NCBI GenBank assembly: GCA_018715495.1 | Contig: DVLO01000022.1 | Span: 13,172 to 77,171, forward strand | Length of the DNA stretch: 64,000 bases | Direction of reading: 5' to 3' | Source of the DNA: Candidatus Limihabitans stercoravium | Lineage (GTDB): Bacteria; Bacillota; Clostridia; Christensenellales; CAG-314 | Part shown: positions 55,879 to 64,000 of the stretch, piece by piece | Numbering within the stretch: position 1 is the first letter of the stretch | Layout: the number at the start of each line of letters is the position of its first letter | Notes under the pieces: generated by a model | The model's database searches: none | Told to the model about the DNA's origin: nothing | Seen by the model: only the letters and a program-made list of their open reading frames with translations | Made by a program: the position numbers and the translations under genes

Positions 55879-56007
55879 ACAATATACTATTTCTGACATA
55901 GTATATCAAAATTGATTTATTTTCATCATTCCCAACAATTTTAAACATTGTAAATAAATTGCAATAAACTGTGCAAACTACTTGTAAATTGCATTTGAGA
56001 GGGACTG

Positions 56008-57078
56008 ATGAAAAGACTTTTACTTTTTGTATTACTTGCAGTTGTGGTGGTTTCGTTAGTGATTGTTCCTACACAACAGGCTATTGCAGAGACAACAGAT
56101 GACTTCTTTGACAGGTTGGGCAATTTGTTTTTACCGCAGTCCAACAAGGGAACGGTGAATGAGCAAGTATATATAGGCGGTCATGCTTTAGGTATGACAA
56201 TAGACGGAAATGGCGTCACAGTAATTGGGTTAAATGAGTTTTTTAACAACGAAGGGAAATTGGTCTGTCCTGCTGTAGAAGCTAAATTGCAACTACATGA
56301 CGTAATCATCCAGCTTGACGGAAAAAACATTTACAGTTCAACAAAACTTTCGGAAATTGCAACTTCAAGTGAAGGCGAACCTCTGAAAGTAAAGTATATC
56401 AGACAGGGTAAGACGGAAGAAACCGTCATTACACCTCAATTAGATTTGTCAACCAAACAGTATAGACTTGGTTTGTGGACTAAGGACAGCAGTAGCGGTA
56501 TTGGGACTTTGACTTATATAAGAAAGGATCTTTCCTTTGGTTCACTTGGACATCCCATATGTGACAGCAACGGCAGCATTGTTGACTGCGGCAACGGTGC
56601 TGTTTACAGATGCAAAATCAACGGCGTCAACAAGGGGACTAAGGGAACTGCAGGGGAATTGAAGGGTAACTTCAGTTTCGAAGATAACCTTGGAACACTA
56701 TATAAAAACAACAAGTTCGGTGCATTCGGTACTTTCAATGCGATGCCTTTCGATGACATGGAATTGATAGACGTTGCGTCTGTGGGTGAAGTACATCCCG
56801 GTAAAGCGTATATCTATTCTACAATTAGCGGAAGTACACGCCAACGATACAGTATTGAAATTATCAAGGCGACACATCAGACATCACCGCAGGACAAAGG
56901 CATGGTACTGCGTGTTACCGATGAAAGATTGTTGCAAACTACGGGTGGAATTGTTCAGGGAATGAGCGGAAGCCCAATTATTCAGGATGGCAAATTGGTT
57001 GGTGCAGTAACGCACGTATTTGTAAACGACCCGACAAAGGGCTACGGCATGTTTGCCGAATGGATGTTAAAGAATTAG
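56008..57078 (+). CDS. spoIVB: SpoIVB peptidase (S55), sporulation signalling protease
   Basis: Signal/TM helix, PDZ domain, GIGTLTYI...FGSLGHPI (His) and QGMSGSPII (Ser). recN-spoIVB adjacency as in B. subtilis. Confidence 0.9.
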   Translation: MKRLLLFVLLAVVVVSLVIVPTQQAIAETTDDFFDRLGNLFLPQSNKGTVNEQVYIGGHALGMTIDGNGVTVIGLNEFFNNEGKLVCPAVEAKLQLHDVIIQLDGKNIYSSTKLSEIATSSEGEPLKVKYIRQGKTEETVITPQLDLSTKQYRLGLWTKDSSSGIGTLTYIRKDLSFGSLGHPICDSNGSIVDCGNGAVYRCKINGVNKGTKGTAGELKGNFSFEDNLGTLYKNNKFGAFGTFNAMPFDDMELIDVASVGEVHPGKAYIYSTISGSTRQRYSIEIIKATHQTSPQDKGMVLRVTDERLLQTTGGIVQGMSGSPIIQDGKLVGAVTHVFVNDPTKGYGMFAEWMLKN

Positions 57079-57117
57079 TCGTGGTATACTTTGGCCAGAC
57101 ATTTCATACAATGTGGT

Positions 57118-57702
57118 ATGAAAGTATCAAGCAGTCTGTCTTTAACGATGTCTGACCTGTGGGAAACCTTCAAACGGGATAAATTTCTGATGCTGCTGTG
57201 TTACCTATTGTTCACAGCAGCATTTTTTATTACCTTGGGGTTTTACAACAGGATTCTGGCGTCATGGTTTTATTCTAATAGGTATGAATACGTTTACAAC
57301 ATGATCATACAACGCAAGTTGTTTACAGTTATATTCAATTATATCTGGAGGTCGGCGTTGCTTTACGGCGTGTTGATGCTGTTGATGTGCAATCGTTTTA
57401 CACGATACATTTGTCTTGCCTTGCCTGTTCTCTGTGGCATTTCGGCGGGCATATATTTCTGTATCGCTTTGACTTTCGGTGTCGGTGGTATAATAGCAGG
57501 TGTACTTGTACTGGTTGTTAGTCAACTGCTCAATGTCACGGTAATAGTGGTGGCATTGGGCGAATCAAGTGCTTTTTCTTGCGGCTGTCTTACGGATGTG
57601 TTCTGCTACTACAAACTGACCAGGTTTGCCGTTATTTTAACAATTTTGTCAAAATGTATTGTCAATTTGCTAATATTGGGTGTAATTTTGGCTTTATTTT
57701 GA
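57118..57702 (+). CDS. Hypothetical polytopic membrane protein (tentatively SpoIIM/DUF95-like); start uncertain
   Basis: About five predicted TM helices. Only loose by-eye resemblance to SpoIIM topology. No convincing RBS at any candidate start (57091 TTG, 57118 ATG, 57148 ATG). Confidence 0.4.
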   Translation: MKVSSSLSLTMSDLWETFKRDKFLMLLCYLLFTAAFFITLGFYNRILASWFYSNRYEYVYNMIIQRKLFTVIFNYIWRSALLYGVLMLLMCNRFTRYICLALPVLCGISAGIYFCIALTFGVGGIIAGVLVLVVSQLLNVTVIVVALGESSAFSCGCLTDVFCYYKLTRFAVILTILSKCIVNLLILGVILALF

Positions 57703-57731
57703 TTGTTAAAATTGAAAACTTTTGATATAAT
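57703..57731 (+). promoter_or_regulatory. Putative promoter for deoB
   Basis: TTGTTA (57703-57708), 17-nt spacer, extended -10 TGaTATAAT (57723-57731). Confidence 0.45.
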
Positions 57732-57754
57732 AGCAGTACAGGTGGTAGTAAATT

Positions 57755-58903
57755 ATGAGAGCTTTTATTATTGTTATAGATGGATTTGGAGTGGGCGCAA
57801 TGCCTGACTGCAAGAAATACGGCGATTACGGCGCTAACACTTTGAAGAATGTTCGAAGTGCCTATGACCTCAACTTGCCTTACCTTGCCGACATGGGTTT
57901 GTACAACATCGAAGGCACTTACAACGATGACCGCATGCCCAACGGTGCCTACGGCAGGATGATGGAATTGTCCAAAGGAAAGGACACAACAGTAGGTCAC
58001 TGGGAAATCGCTGGGGTAATTACCAAAGATTTCATGCCAACATTCCCTAACGGATTTCCAAAAGAATTTGTTACCAAGCTGGAAAAAGCACTTGGCACAA
58101 AGATACTGTGCAACAAGCCTTACAGCGGCACGGAAGTAATCAAGGATTACGGCGAGGAACATTTGCGTACAGGTTACCCGATTGTTTACACATCGGCAGA
58201 CAGCGTTTTGCAGATTGCCGTACACATGGACAAGTACACAATTGACCAATTGTACGACATGTGCATTAAGGCACGCAAGTTGTGTGAAGGCAAGTACGGC
58301 GTTGGTCGTATTATTGCACGTCCTTTTGAAGGTCAATATCCCTTTGTACGTACTGCCGAACGTAAGGATTTCTCATTGGATCCGACAGGCGAAACCTTGC
58401 TTGACGCTGTAAAAGCAGCAGGTCTTGAAAGTGTGGCTGTAGGTAAAATTGAGTACATCTTTAACGGCAGAGGAATTACAAGAAGTATTCACACCGAAAG
58501 CAATCTGGACGGTCTTGAGAAGACAATTGAAATTGCCAAGGAAAACTTCGATGGTCTTGTATTTGTAAATCTTGTTGACACCGACATGAAGTACGGCCAC
58601 AGACGTGACGTTTACGGATACGCTCAGGCTCTTGAAGAAATTGACAAGAAGATTGGCGAACTGTTGCCTTTGCTTAAAAAGGATGATGTCTTGTACATCA
58701 CTGGCGATCATGGTTGCGATCCTACTCACAAGGCGCACACCGACCACACACGTGAGTACACGCCTTTGTTGGTTTACGGATGCGACATTGTTCCGACAAA
58801 CCTTGGAACTCTTGTCGGAATGGATGTTATCAACGATACCATCCGTCAACAACTTGATTTGCCTTTCGGTCCCAAATCAGTATGGGAAAAAATCACACGA
58901 TAA
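57755..58903 (+). CDS. deoB: Phosphopentomutase
   Basis: RAFIIVIDGFGVGAMPD, TTVGHWE, and the metal site ITGDHGCDPT. Confidence 0.94.
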   Translation: MRAFIIVIDGFGVGAMPDCKKYGDYGANTLKNVRSAYDLNLPYLADMGLYNIEGTYNDDRMPNGAYGRMMELSKGKDTTVGHWEIAGVITKDFMPTFPNGFPKEFVTKLEKALGTKILCNKPYSGTEVIKDYGEEHLRTGYPIVYTSADSVLQIAVHMDKYTIDQLYDMCIKARKLCEGKYGVGRIIARPFEGQYPFVRTAERKDFSLDPTGETLLDAVKAAGLESVAVGKIEYIFNGRGITRSIHTESNLDGLEKTIEIAKENFDGLVFVNLVDTDMKYGHRRDVYGYAQALEEIDKKIGELLPLLKKDDVLYITGDHGCDPTHKAHTDHTREYTPLLVYGCDIVPTNLGTLVGMDVINDTIRQQLDLPFGPKSVWEKITR

Positions 58904-59554
58904 ATGTCTGGTAAGTTTCGAAAGATTTTGGAAGAGGAAAGAAAAAACATGCCCTCTTATCAATACAATTTTCTTTACAAGCGTGTTCTGCCGGGATTTA
59001 TATTTGTCGTCGGCGGTGCGATAGTTGTACTGATTGTCGGATTGATACTGGGGTTTACTGTAGGCGAAAGCTACGCATTTATTCCTCTTGCCCTTTGGGG
59101 AGTGGGTGTTGTTATTTGTCTTGTGTTGTTTGTAATTTCTTCCAGAAAATTGACCACAAGACTGATTAATGACAAAACTAACGAATTGGAAAAATACTTT
59201 GTTGAATGCAATCGTGATGAGGCAACAGCGCAATTGAATTCACTGGGTGTTACTGACATGAGCATTGTCGCCGATGACGGTACGCTTGTTGAAATGTCGC
59301 AGTGTATTGTGCTTTTTGATTGTTTTGTCGTAAGCGGCAAGATTTGTCTGTCAATGTTGTTTGTATCAGCAATGGGCGTTTATTTGCGTTCATTACCTTT
59401 GGAAAAGTATTCCTACACATGGTTTGCGCACAACATTGATTTGATTGCCAACAAAAAGTTGTTTCAGTTGTTTATCGATGATAAAAGAGAATTTCTCAAA
59501 CTGCTTTATAAATACAACAATTCGGAAAAGATGACTAGAAAACTTAGCAAGTAA
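58904..59554 (+). CDS. Hypothetical membrane protein (two TM helices plus a cytoplasmic domain)
   Basis: 216-aa ORF that starts on the nucleotide after the deoB stop. Hydrophobic helices at about aa 29-55 and 58-80. No recognised family. Confidence 0.45.
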   Translation: MSGKFRKILEEERKNMPSYQYNFLYKRVLPGFIFVVGGAIVVLIVGLILGFTVGESYAFIPLALWGVGVVICLVLFVISSRKLTTRLINDKTNELEKYFVECNRDEATAQLNSLGVTDMSIVADDGTLVEMSQCIVLFDCFVVSGKICLSMLFVSAMGVYLRSLPLEKYSYTWFAHNIDLIANKKLFQLFIDDKREFLKLLYKYNNSEKMTRKLSK

Positions 59555-59557
59555 TTT

Positions 59558-59588
59558 GTGCCACTGGCGATTGTCGGTGGCATTTTTC
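59558..59588 (+). terminator. Weak terminator-like hairpin
   Basis: TGCCAC (59559-59564) pairs with GTGGCA (59577-59582), with inner CGA/TCG pairs. T5 follows. Confidence 0.45.
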
Positions 59589-59658
59589 ATGCTTTGCAGT
59601 AGTGCATATAGCGGAAGCAATTGCAAATACTAATGGTATCAAAATTTAAGGAGTGCTT

Positions 59659-60798
59659 ATGAAAAAGACAGTTTTGATATTACTGGTATTGACAATACTG
59701 GCTGTTGCTTTGACAAGCGGAACTGTGCTTGCTGAAAATTACACCAAACCGTCCATGAGCAGACAAGCATTGCTGATGAATGAAGATGGTGAAGTTCTGT
59801 ATCAGCACAATTCGACGGAAAAGCAACCAATTGCAAGTATGACAAAGATCATGACGTTGTTGTGCGTTTACGACGCAATCGACAGCGGCAAGATATCTCT
59901 CACAGATACGGTAACCTGTTCCGCAAATGCGTCAGGCATGGGTGGTTCGCAGGTGTTTCTTGAAACAGGCGGACAGTATACAGTTGACAATCTCATTAAA
60001 TCTGTAGCTGTGTGTTCAGCTAACGACAGCTGTGTGGCGCTTGCCGAACACATCAGCGGCAGTGTCGAAAGTTTTGTTGAAATGATGAACAACAAGGCAA
60101 GTCAATTGGGATTGGTTGCAACACACTTTGAAAATCCTACGGGTTTACCTCAACTTAATCACTATTCCTGTGCATTGGACGTTGCTAACATGATGAGACA
60201 ACTGATCAGGCATCCACATTACTTCACATGTGCAAGAATCTGGATGGAAGACTTTACTCACCCTGACGGAAGAGTAACGGGAATGACAAACACTAACAAA
60301 CTTGTCAGATTTTACAACGGATGTGACGGCGGCAAGACAGGATACACATCTGAAGCACAGCATTGTCTGTGTGCAACAGCTAAAAGGCAGGATACAAGAT
60401 TTATCGCAGTTGTAGTGGGTGCGCCTGATAGTAAGACAAGATTTGCCGAAGTGTCAGCAATGCTTGACTACGGTTTTGCCAACTATGAAAACAGAGTTTT
60501 CCTTGACAGTAACAGTCAAATAGGAAAAGTTTATGTTCATGGTGGTGAACAGCTGCAAGTTGAAGTGAATGCACTTGAACAATTGACTCACTTTACTAAG
60601 AAAGGACAAAACAACTGTGATGTCGTGATAGAAATGTCTGACAGTGTAAAGGCTCCCGTAATGAAGGGGGACGTAGTGGGTAAGGCTGTACTTGTCCATG
60701 ACGGTGAACGTGTGAAAGAAGTGGAACTGGTGGCTTCTACGGATGTAAAATGCAGAAGTTTTGTTCAGTATCTGACAGATATTCTGAATATAGACTAA
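59659..60798 (+). CDS. D-alanyl-D-alanine carboxypeptidase (S11; DacB/DacF-like)
   Basis: Signal peptide, SxxK (ASMTKIMT), SxN (CSANDS) and KTG (GKTGYT) motifs. AAGGAG RBS lies 5 nt upstream of ATG 59659. Confidence 0.88.
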   Translation: MKKTVLILLVLTILAVALTSGTVLAENYTKPSMSRQALLMNEDGEVLYQHNSTEKQPIASMTKIMTLLCVYDAIDSGKISLTDTVTCSANASGMGGSQVFLETGGQYTVDNLIKSVAVCSANDSCVALAEHISGSVESFVEMMNNKASQLGLVATHFENPTGLPQLNHYSCALDVANMMRQLIRHPHYFTCARIWMEDFTHPDGRVTGMTNTNKLVRFYNGCDGGKTGYTSEAQHCLCATAKRQDTRFIAVVVGAPDSKTRFAEVSAMLDYGFANYENRVFLDSNSQIGKVYVHGGEQLQVEVNALEQLTHFTKKGQNNCDVVIEMSDSVKAPVMKGDVVGKAVLVHDGERVKEVELVASTDVKCRSFVQYLTDILNID

Positions 60799-60836
60799 GG
60801 TAATTTTAAACTTTCAATGTTAAATTGTTTTCAGCG

Positions 60837-60874
60837 ACAAGGGGTAAGAACAAGTTTCTATCCCCTTGTTTTTG
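60837..60874 (+). terminator. Rho-independent terminator
   Basis: ACAAGGGG (60837-60844) pairs with CCCCTTGT (60862-60869). TTTT follows. Confidence 0.6.
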
Positions 60875-60903
60875 TTGATGCTCTAAATATTTATAGTAAT
60901 ACA

Positions 60904-60932
60904 TTGACTTTTACGGGCAAATTTGGTAAACT
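60904..60932 (+). promoter_or_regulatory. Putative promoter for M50 protease-scpA-scpB
   Basis: TTGACT (60904-60909), 17-nt spacer, extended -10 TGgTAAACT (60924-60932). Confidence 0.45.
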
Positions 60933-60947
60933 TGAACAAGGTGTTTT

Positions 60948-61661
60948 ATGTATATTATCGAACTTTTAAGGAACTTCGGCGACAGTTTCTGTCGTGAAGG
61001 TATACTCAACGTAATAGCTTTTATCATTGCACTTGTGTCGGCACTTGTACTGCACGAAGTTGCACACGGCGTTGTTGCAAAGTGGAACGGCGACGATACT
61101 GCCAAACTCATGGGCAGATTGTCACTTAACCCGATGAAACACTTCGACGCTGTGGGCTTGATCGTGATGTTGCTTGTCGGTTTCGGTTGGGCAAGGCCTG
61201 TACCTGTAAATCCCAACAATTTCAAGAACAAGCGCTGGGGCATGGTTTGGGTGTCAATTGCAGGCATTGTTACCAACTTGTTGGTAGCATTTGTTTTTGC
61301 GCTGTTTTATATGTTGTGGGTGACTTTTGCACCTGCTCCTCAAACAGAGGCGTTGTACTATCTCAACCACTTTATGACAATGTTGTTCAACCTGGTGGTT
61401 TCTATAAACATTTCATTTGCGTTGTTTAACATATTGCCATTGTTCCCTCTTGACGGTTACAGGTTTATTTCCTGCTTTGTGCCGCAAGAGAACAGATTTA
61501 TGGTGTTTATGAGGAGATACAGCCTTTACATATTGTTGTTCTTGTTGATTTGGGATTACTTCCCGATAATCGGTGGCTATTCGCCCCTCAGTCTGTACAT
61601 GACTTTCTGTGGAAATGGTATACTGCGAGGCTTTTTCGGGTTCTGGGGGTTGTTTTTCTGA
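60948..61661 (+). CDS. Site-2 protease family (M50) membrane metalloprotease
   Basis: HEVAHG zinc motif and NILPLFPLDG motif. Polytopic membrane protein. Confidence 0.8.
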   Translation: MYIIELLRNFGDSFCREGILNVIAFIIALVSALVLHEVAHGVVAKWNGDDTAKLMGRLSLNPMKHFDAVGLIVMLLVGFGWARPVPVNPNNFKNKRWGMVWVSIAGIVTNLLVAFVFALFYMLWVTFAPAPQTEALYYLNHFMTMLFNLVVSINISFALFNILPLFPLDGYRFISCFVPQENRFMVFMRRYSLYILLFLLIWDYFPIIGGYSPLSLYMTFCGNGILRGFFGFWGLFF

Positions 61662-62470
61662 TGAGCGATCAAGATGTAATGCAAGATTATCAGTATGAAG
61701 AATCCTCTTCCGGTGGCGGACTGAAACTGGAACTTTCTAACTTCGAAGGTCCTCTTGACTTGTTGCTGTTTCTTGTTAAAGAAAGCAAGATTGAAATCAA
61801 GGATATATTTTTGTCGCAGGTGACGGAGCAGTTCCTGCAATATATGTCGCAGCTTGCAACTGTTGACGTTGATCAGGCAAGCGAATATATGGCAATTGCA
61901 GCAACTCTGCTGGAAATCAAGTCTAGAGCTCTGTTGCCGATTGAACCAATTGACGATGAAGATCTTGAGGAAAAACAACGTAACCTCATTAGACAAGTGG
62001 AAGAGTACGAACAGTTCAAGAAGATCGTCAAGGAATTGAAGGGGCAGGAAATGGTAAACCGTTTCTACCGTGAGCCGGAAAAATCAGTAGGGCAGGAAGT
62101 TACTGTCGTTAAGGAAAACCTCAGCTTCGAAGGACTTATGCAGGCGTTCAACAAATTTCTGATGCGTATGCAAATCAAGTCCCAGGCGGAAAACGTTTCC
62201 CGTGCAATCACGAAAGAAACCTGGACCGTCGCACAGAAAATAGAATTTCTGCGTGAAAAACTGGAAGAAGTGGAAAGCCTGAAATTTTTTGATCTGTTTG
62301 ATGAATACTCCTCACGACTGGAAATAATTACTACATTCAGTGCCATGCTTGAACTGTTAAAATTACAGTACATCCGTGTGCAACAGAACGACTTGTTTGA
62401 AGACATAACCATTGTACGGCGAAAAGACGCTGTGCTTCAAGAGGTAAATTACAGTGAAGAACTTGAATAA
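61661..62470 (+). CDS. scpA: Segregation and condensation protein A
   Basis: LKLELSNFEGPLDLLLFLVKESKIEIKDI is the kleisin N-terminus. ATG 61661 overlaps the M50 stop. The tracked 61550 extension lies inside the M50 gene. Confidence 0.92.
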   Translation: MSDQDVMQDYQYEESSSGGGLKLELSNFEGPLDLLLFLVKESKIEIKDIFLSQVTEQFLQYMSQLATVDVDQASEYMAIAATLLEIKSRALLPIEPIDDEDLEEKQRNLIRQVEEYEQFKKIVKELKGQEMVNRFYREPEKSVGQEVTVVKENLSFEGLMQAFNKFLMRMQIKSQAENVSRAITKETWTVAQKIEFLREKLEEVESLKFFDLFDEYSSRLEIITTFSAMLELLKLQYIRVQQNDLFEDITIVRRKDAVLQEVNYSEELE

Positions 62471-63077
62471 TATAATTGAATCTATTTTGTTTATTTCGGG
62501 AAAACCGGTTGAAATTGCCTTCATTGCTGAAAAACTTGAAGTTTCCCTTGCTGAAGTAAACAAGGCAATTGAGGAGCTTAAACGGCATTACAGCGGCGAA
62601 AGCGGAATACACCTCATTACGTTTAACAAGAAGGCTCAATTCTCCAGTAATCCCGAATACGTAAAGTCTGTTGAAAGCGTATTGAATCCCATCAAGGAAA
62701 GAGAGCTGACGAATGCAATGCTGGAAACGCTTGCAATTGTTGCCTATAAGCAACCTGTAACACGTGTTGAAATTGAAGAAATACGTGGCGTCGATTGTAC
62801 ATATTCAGTACAAAACCTCACCAAATTGGGATTGATAGAAGCGGTGGGCAGAAAGGAGTCAATCGGTAAGCCATTGCTTTTTGCTACAACTGACGAATTT
62901 TTAAAGAGGTTCTCTTTGAGTTCGATCGATGAATTACCCGACCACGTGGCATTGCTTGGCAAATTGCAATCCATTGAACAAAACATGGGTAATGTTACTA
63001 CGGTTGAAAAGCCTATGCTTGGTACGGTTGAAATTCCTGAATTCCTTGAAGGCGAAAAGGTTGAGGTAGTTGAATGA
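62454..63077 (+). CDS. scpB: Segregation and condensation protein B
   Basis: IESILFISGKPV and ETLAIVAYKQPVTRVEIEEIRGV, two winged-helix domains. GTG start. Confidence 0.92.
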   Translation: MKNLNNIIESILFISGKPVEIAFIAEKLEVSLAEVNKAIEELKRHYSGESGIHLITFNKKAQFSSNPEYVKSVESVLNPIKERELTNAMLETLAIVAYKQPVTRVEIEEIRGVDCTYSVQNLTKLGLIEAVGRKESIGKPLLFATTDEFLKRFSLSSIDELPDHVALLGKLQSIEQNMGNVTTVEKPMLGTVEIPEFLEGEKVEVVE

Positions 63078-63412
63078 TGGAAGTCGAAGAAGTCAAGCGC
63101 AGAAACAGTTTATGTGGCATACTGGCACTGATCTTCTCAACCTTGCTAAACCTGATTCATTTTCCGCTGTTTGTTGTAGCGTTTATTGAGCAGATTCAGA
63201 CAGGCTGGGGGTATGGCACTGATCTAGAGATGGGTGTATTGTTCTGGTGGTTTGCAGAATGTGTAATGATTATACCACTTCTTACTTCAGCGGGACTGTT
63301 TGTTGCCTCTATGGTTAAAAGAGATTACAAGGCTAAAATAGTAATCAACGCTGCATTGCTTGTGTTGTGCGTGTTTCAGATTGTAATTTCTAACCTGTTC
63401 TTTATATATTGA
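63074..63412 (+). CDS. Hypothetical small membrane protein
   Basis: 112 aa with about three TM helices. The start overlaps the scpB stop (ATGA). No recognised family. Confidence 0.4.
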   Translation: MMEVEEVKRRNSLCGILALIFSTLLNLIHFPLFVVAFIEQIQTGWGYGTDLEMGVLFWWFAECVMIIPLLTSAGLFVASMVKRDYKAKIVINAALLVLCVFQIVISNLFFIY

Positions 63413-63420
63413 ACCCTTGG

Positions 63421-63452
63421 GATGTGTTGTGTTTACAACACATCTTTTTTTT
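63421..63452 (+). terminator. Rho-independent terminator
   Basis: GATGTGTTGT (63421-63430) pairs perfectly with ACAACACATC (63435-63444). T8 follows. Confidence 0.85.
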
Positions 63453-63496
63453 GTTTGCATCAGTATATTTTCTCTTTTTTGAAACATATTATCGGT

Positions 63497-64000
63497 ATGA
63501 TATTGCTTACAGTGTTACTAATGTTACTGACGTTGACTCTTGCTCCCCTTTATTTCAGGGTGGGAGCGGTTGTTAACTTCAGCGATTTATCAGCTGATAT
63601 AAAAGTAAGATTGTGGCGTATCACTTTACTGCAGGAACACTTTGAGTTGAAGGGTAACAACATCGTGTACAACGGAACGCTGGACGGAATTGCGCCCATA
63701 GATCTAACACCTAACGATGAAGGGGCAAATCTAGTAAGATGTTTTGACGTATACAAAATTCATTACAGAATTGTTTTTGCAGTAGACAAACCGTCAAGTC
63801 TGCTTCCAATGTTTGTAAATGTGCTGTCGGCGATTTCAACAGCTGTTACAGCCAGTTTATCGGAAGTATCAATCCGTGGCGGAACATCGTTTAGTTACGA
63901 TAAAAACGTCACGGTGGCGGAATGTCTTATAGGAACTACATTGTTCAGAGTGATGTCAACACTGATTGTACAAGGGGTGAAAAAATGGATTACAGAATAA
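63497..64000 (+). CDS. Hypothetical membrane-anchored protein (possibly DUF2953/YtfI-like sporulation protein)
   Basis: N-terminal TM helix (MILLTVLLMLLTLTLAPLYF) followed by a beta-rich domain. The stop codon falls on the last three bases of the window. The tracked ATG 63422 lies within the terminator stem, so I chose ATG 63497. Confidence 0.35.
   Translation: MILLTVLLMLLTLTLAPLYFRVGAVVNFSDLSADIKVRLWRITLLQEHFELKGNNIVYNGTLDGIAPIDLTPNDEGANLVRCFDVYKIHYRIVFAVDKPSSLLPMFVNVLSAISTAVTASLSEVSIRGGTSFSYDKNVTVAECLIGTTLFRVMSTLIVQGVKKWITE

Noticed and set aside
1-64000. Looked for mobile elements, prophage genes, toxin-antitoxin or defence islands, CRISPR arrays, tRNA and rRNA genes.
   Set aside because: None found. 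There are no integrase, transposase or recombinase-like translations, no terminal inverted repeats, no spaced direct-repeat arrays and no cloverleaf-like or rRNA-like segments. The window is uninterrupted conserved core genome.

Overview
This 64-kb window is a dense, entirely co-directional block: every credible gene is on the + strand. It is core chromosome from an endospore-forming Bacillota, most likely a Clostridia-type anaerobe, because a complete spoIIIAA-AH operon and spoIVB are present. Gene content in order: smc (3' end), ftsY, ylxM-ffh, rpsP-KH-rimM-trmD-rbgA-rnhB-yraN, rplS, comM-dprA-topA-trmFO-hslVU-aspS, an Rrf2-iscS-iscU Fe-S operon, ruvX, rpsB-tsf-pyrH-frr-uppS-cdsA-dxr-rseP-ispG, rimP-nusA-ylxR-ylxQ-infB-rbfA-nrnA-truB-ribF, pepP-efp, spoIIIAA-AH, asp23-nusB-folD-xseAB-ispA, dxs, argR-recN, spoIVB, deoB, a D-Ala-D-Ala carboxypeptidase, and an M50 protease with scpAB. 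I saw no rRNA, tRNA, CRISPR array, transposase, integrase or prophage signature. Two loci stand out. (1) A ~620-nt ORF-free, highly structured RNA lies between ispA and a small multi-pass membrane protein gene upstream of dxs. By synteny and architecture this matches the OLE (ornate, large, extremophilic) RNA and oapA ribonucleoprotein locus. OLE is an already described but functionally poorly understood class. (2) A 549-aa protein sits exactly where Bacillota normally encode PolC. It keeps PolC-like N-terminal, OB and exonuclease-like domains, lacks any PHP or polymerase domain, and has substituted exonuclease catalytic residues. Smaller observations include an Rrf2 operator palindrome, internal attenuator-like hairpins, candidate ribosomal-protein leaders, a Cys-rich tail on a DUF1292 protein, a possibly leaderless ruvX, and an untracked 41-aa ORF. 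All calls rest on reading the translations and DNA by eye. No database or covariance-model searches were run, and promoter and terminator calls are motif-based predictions.
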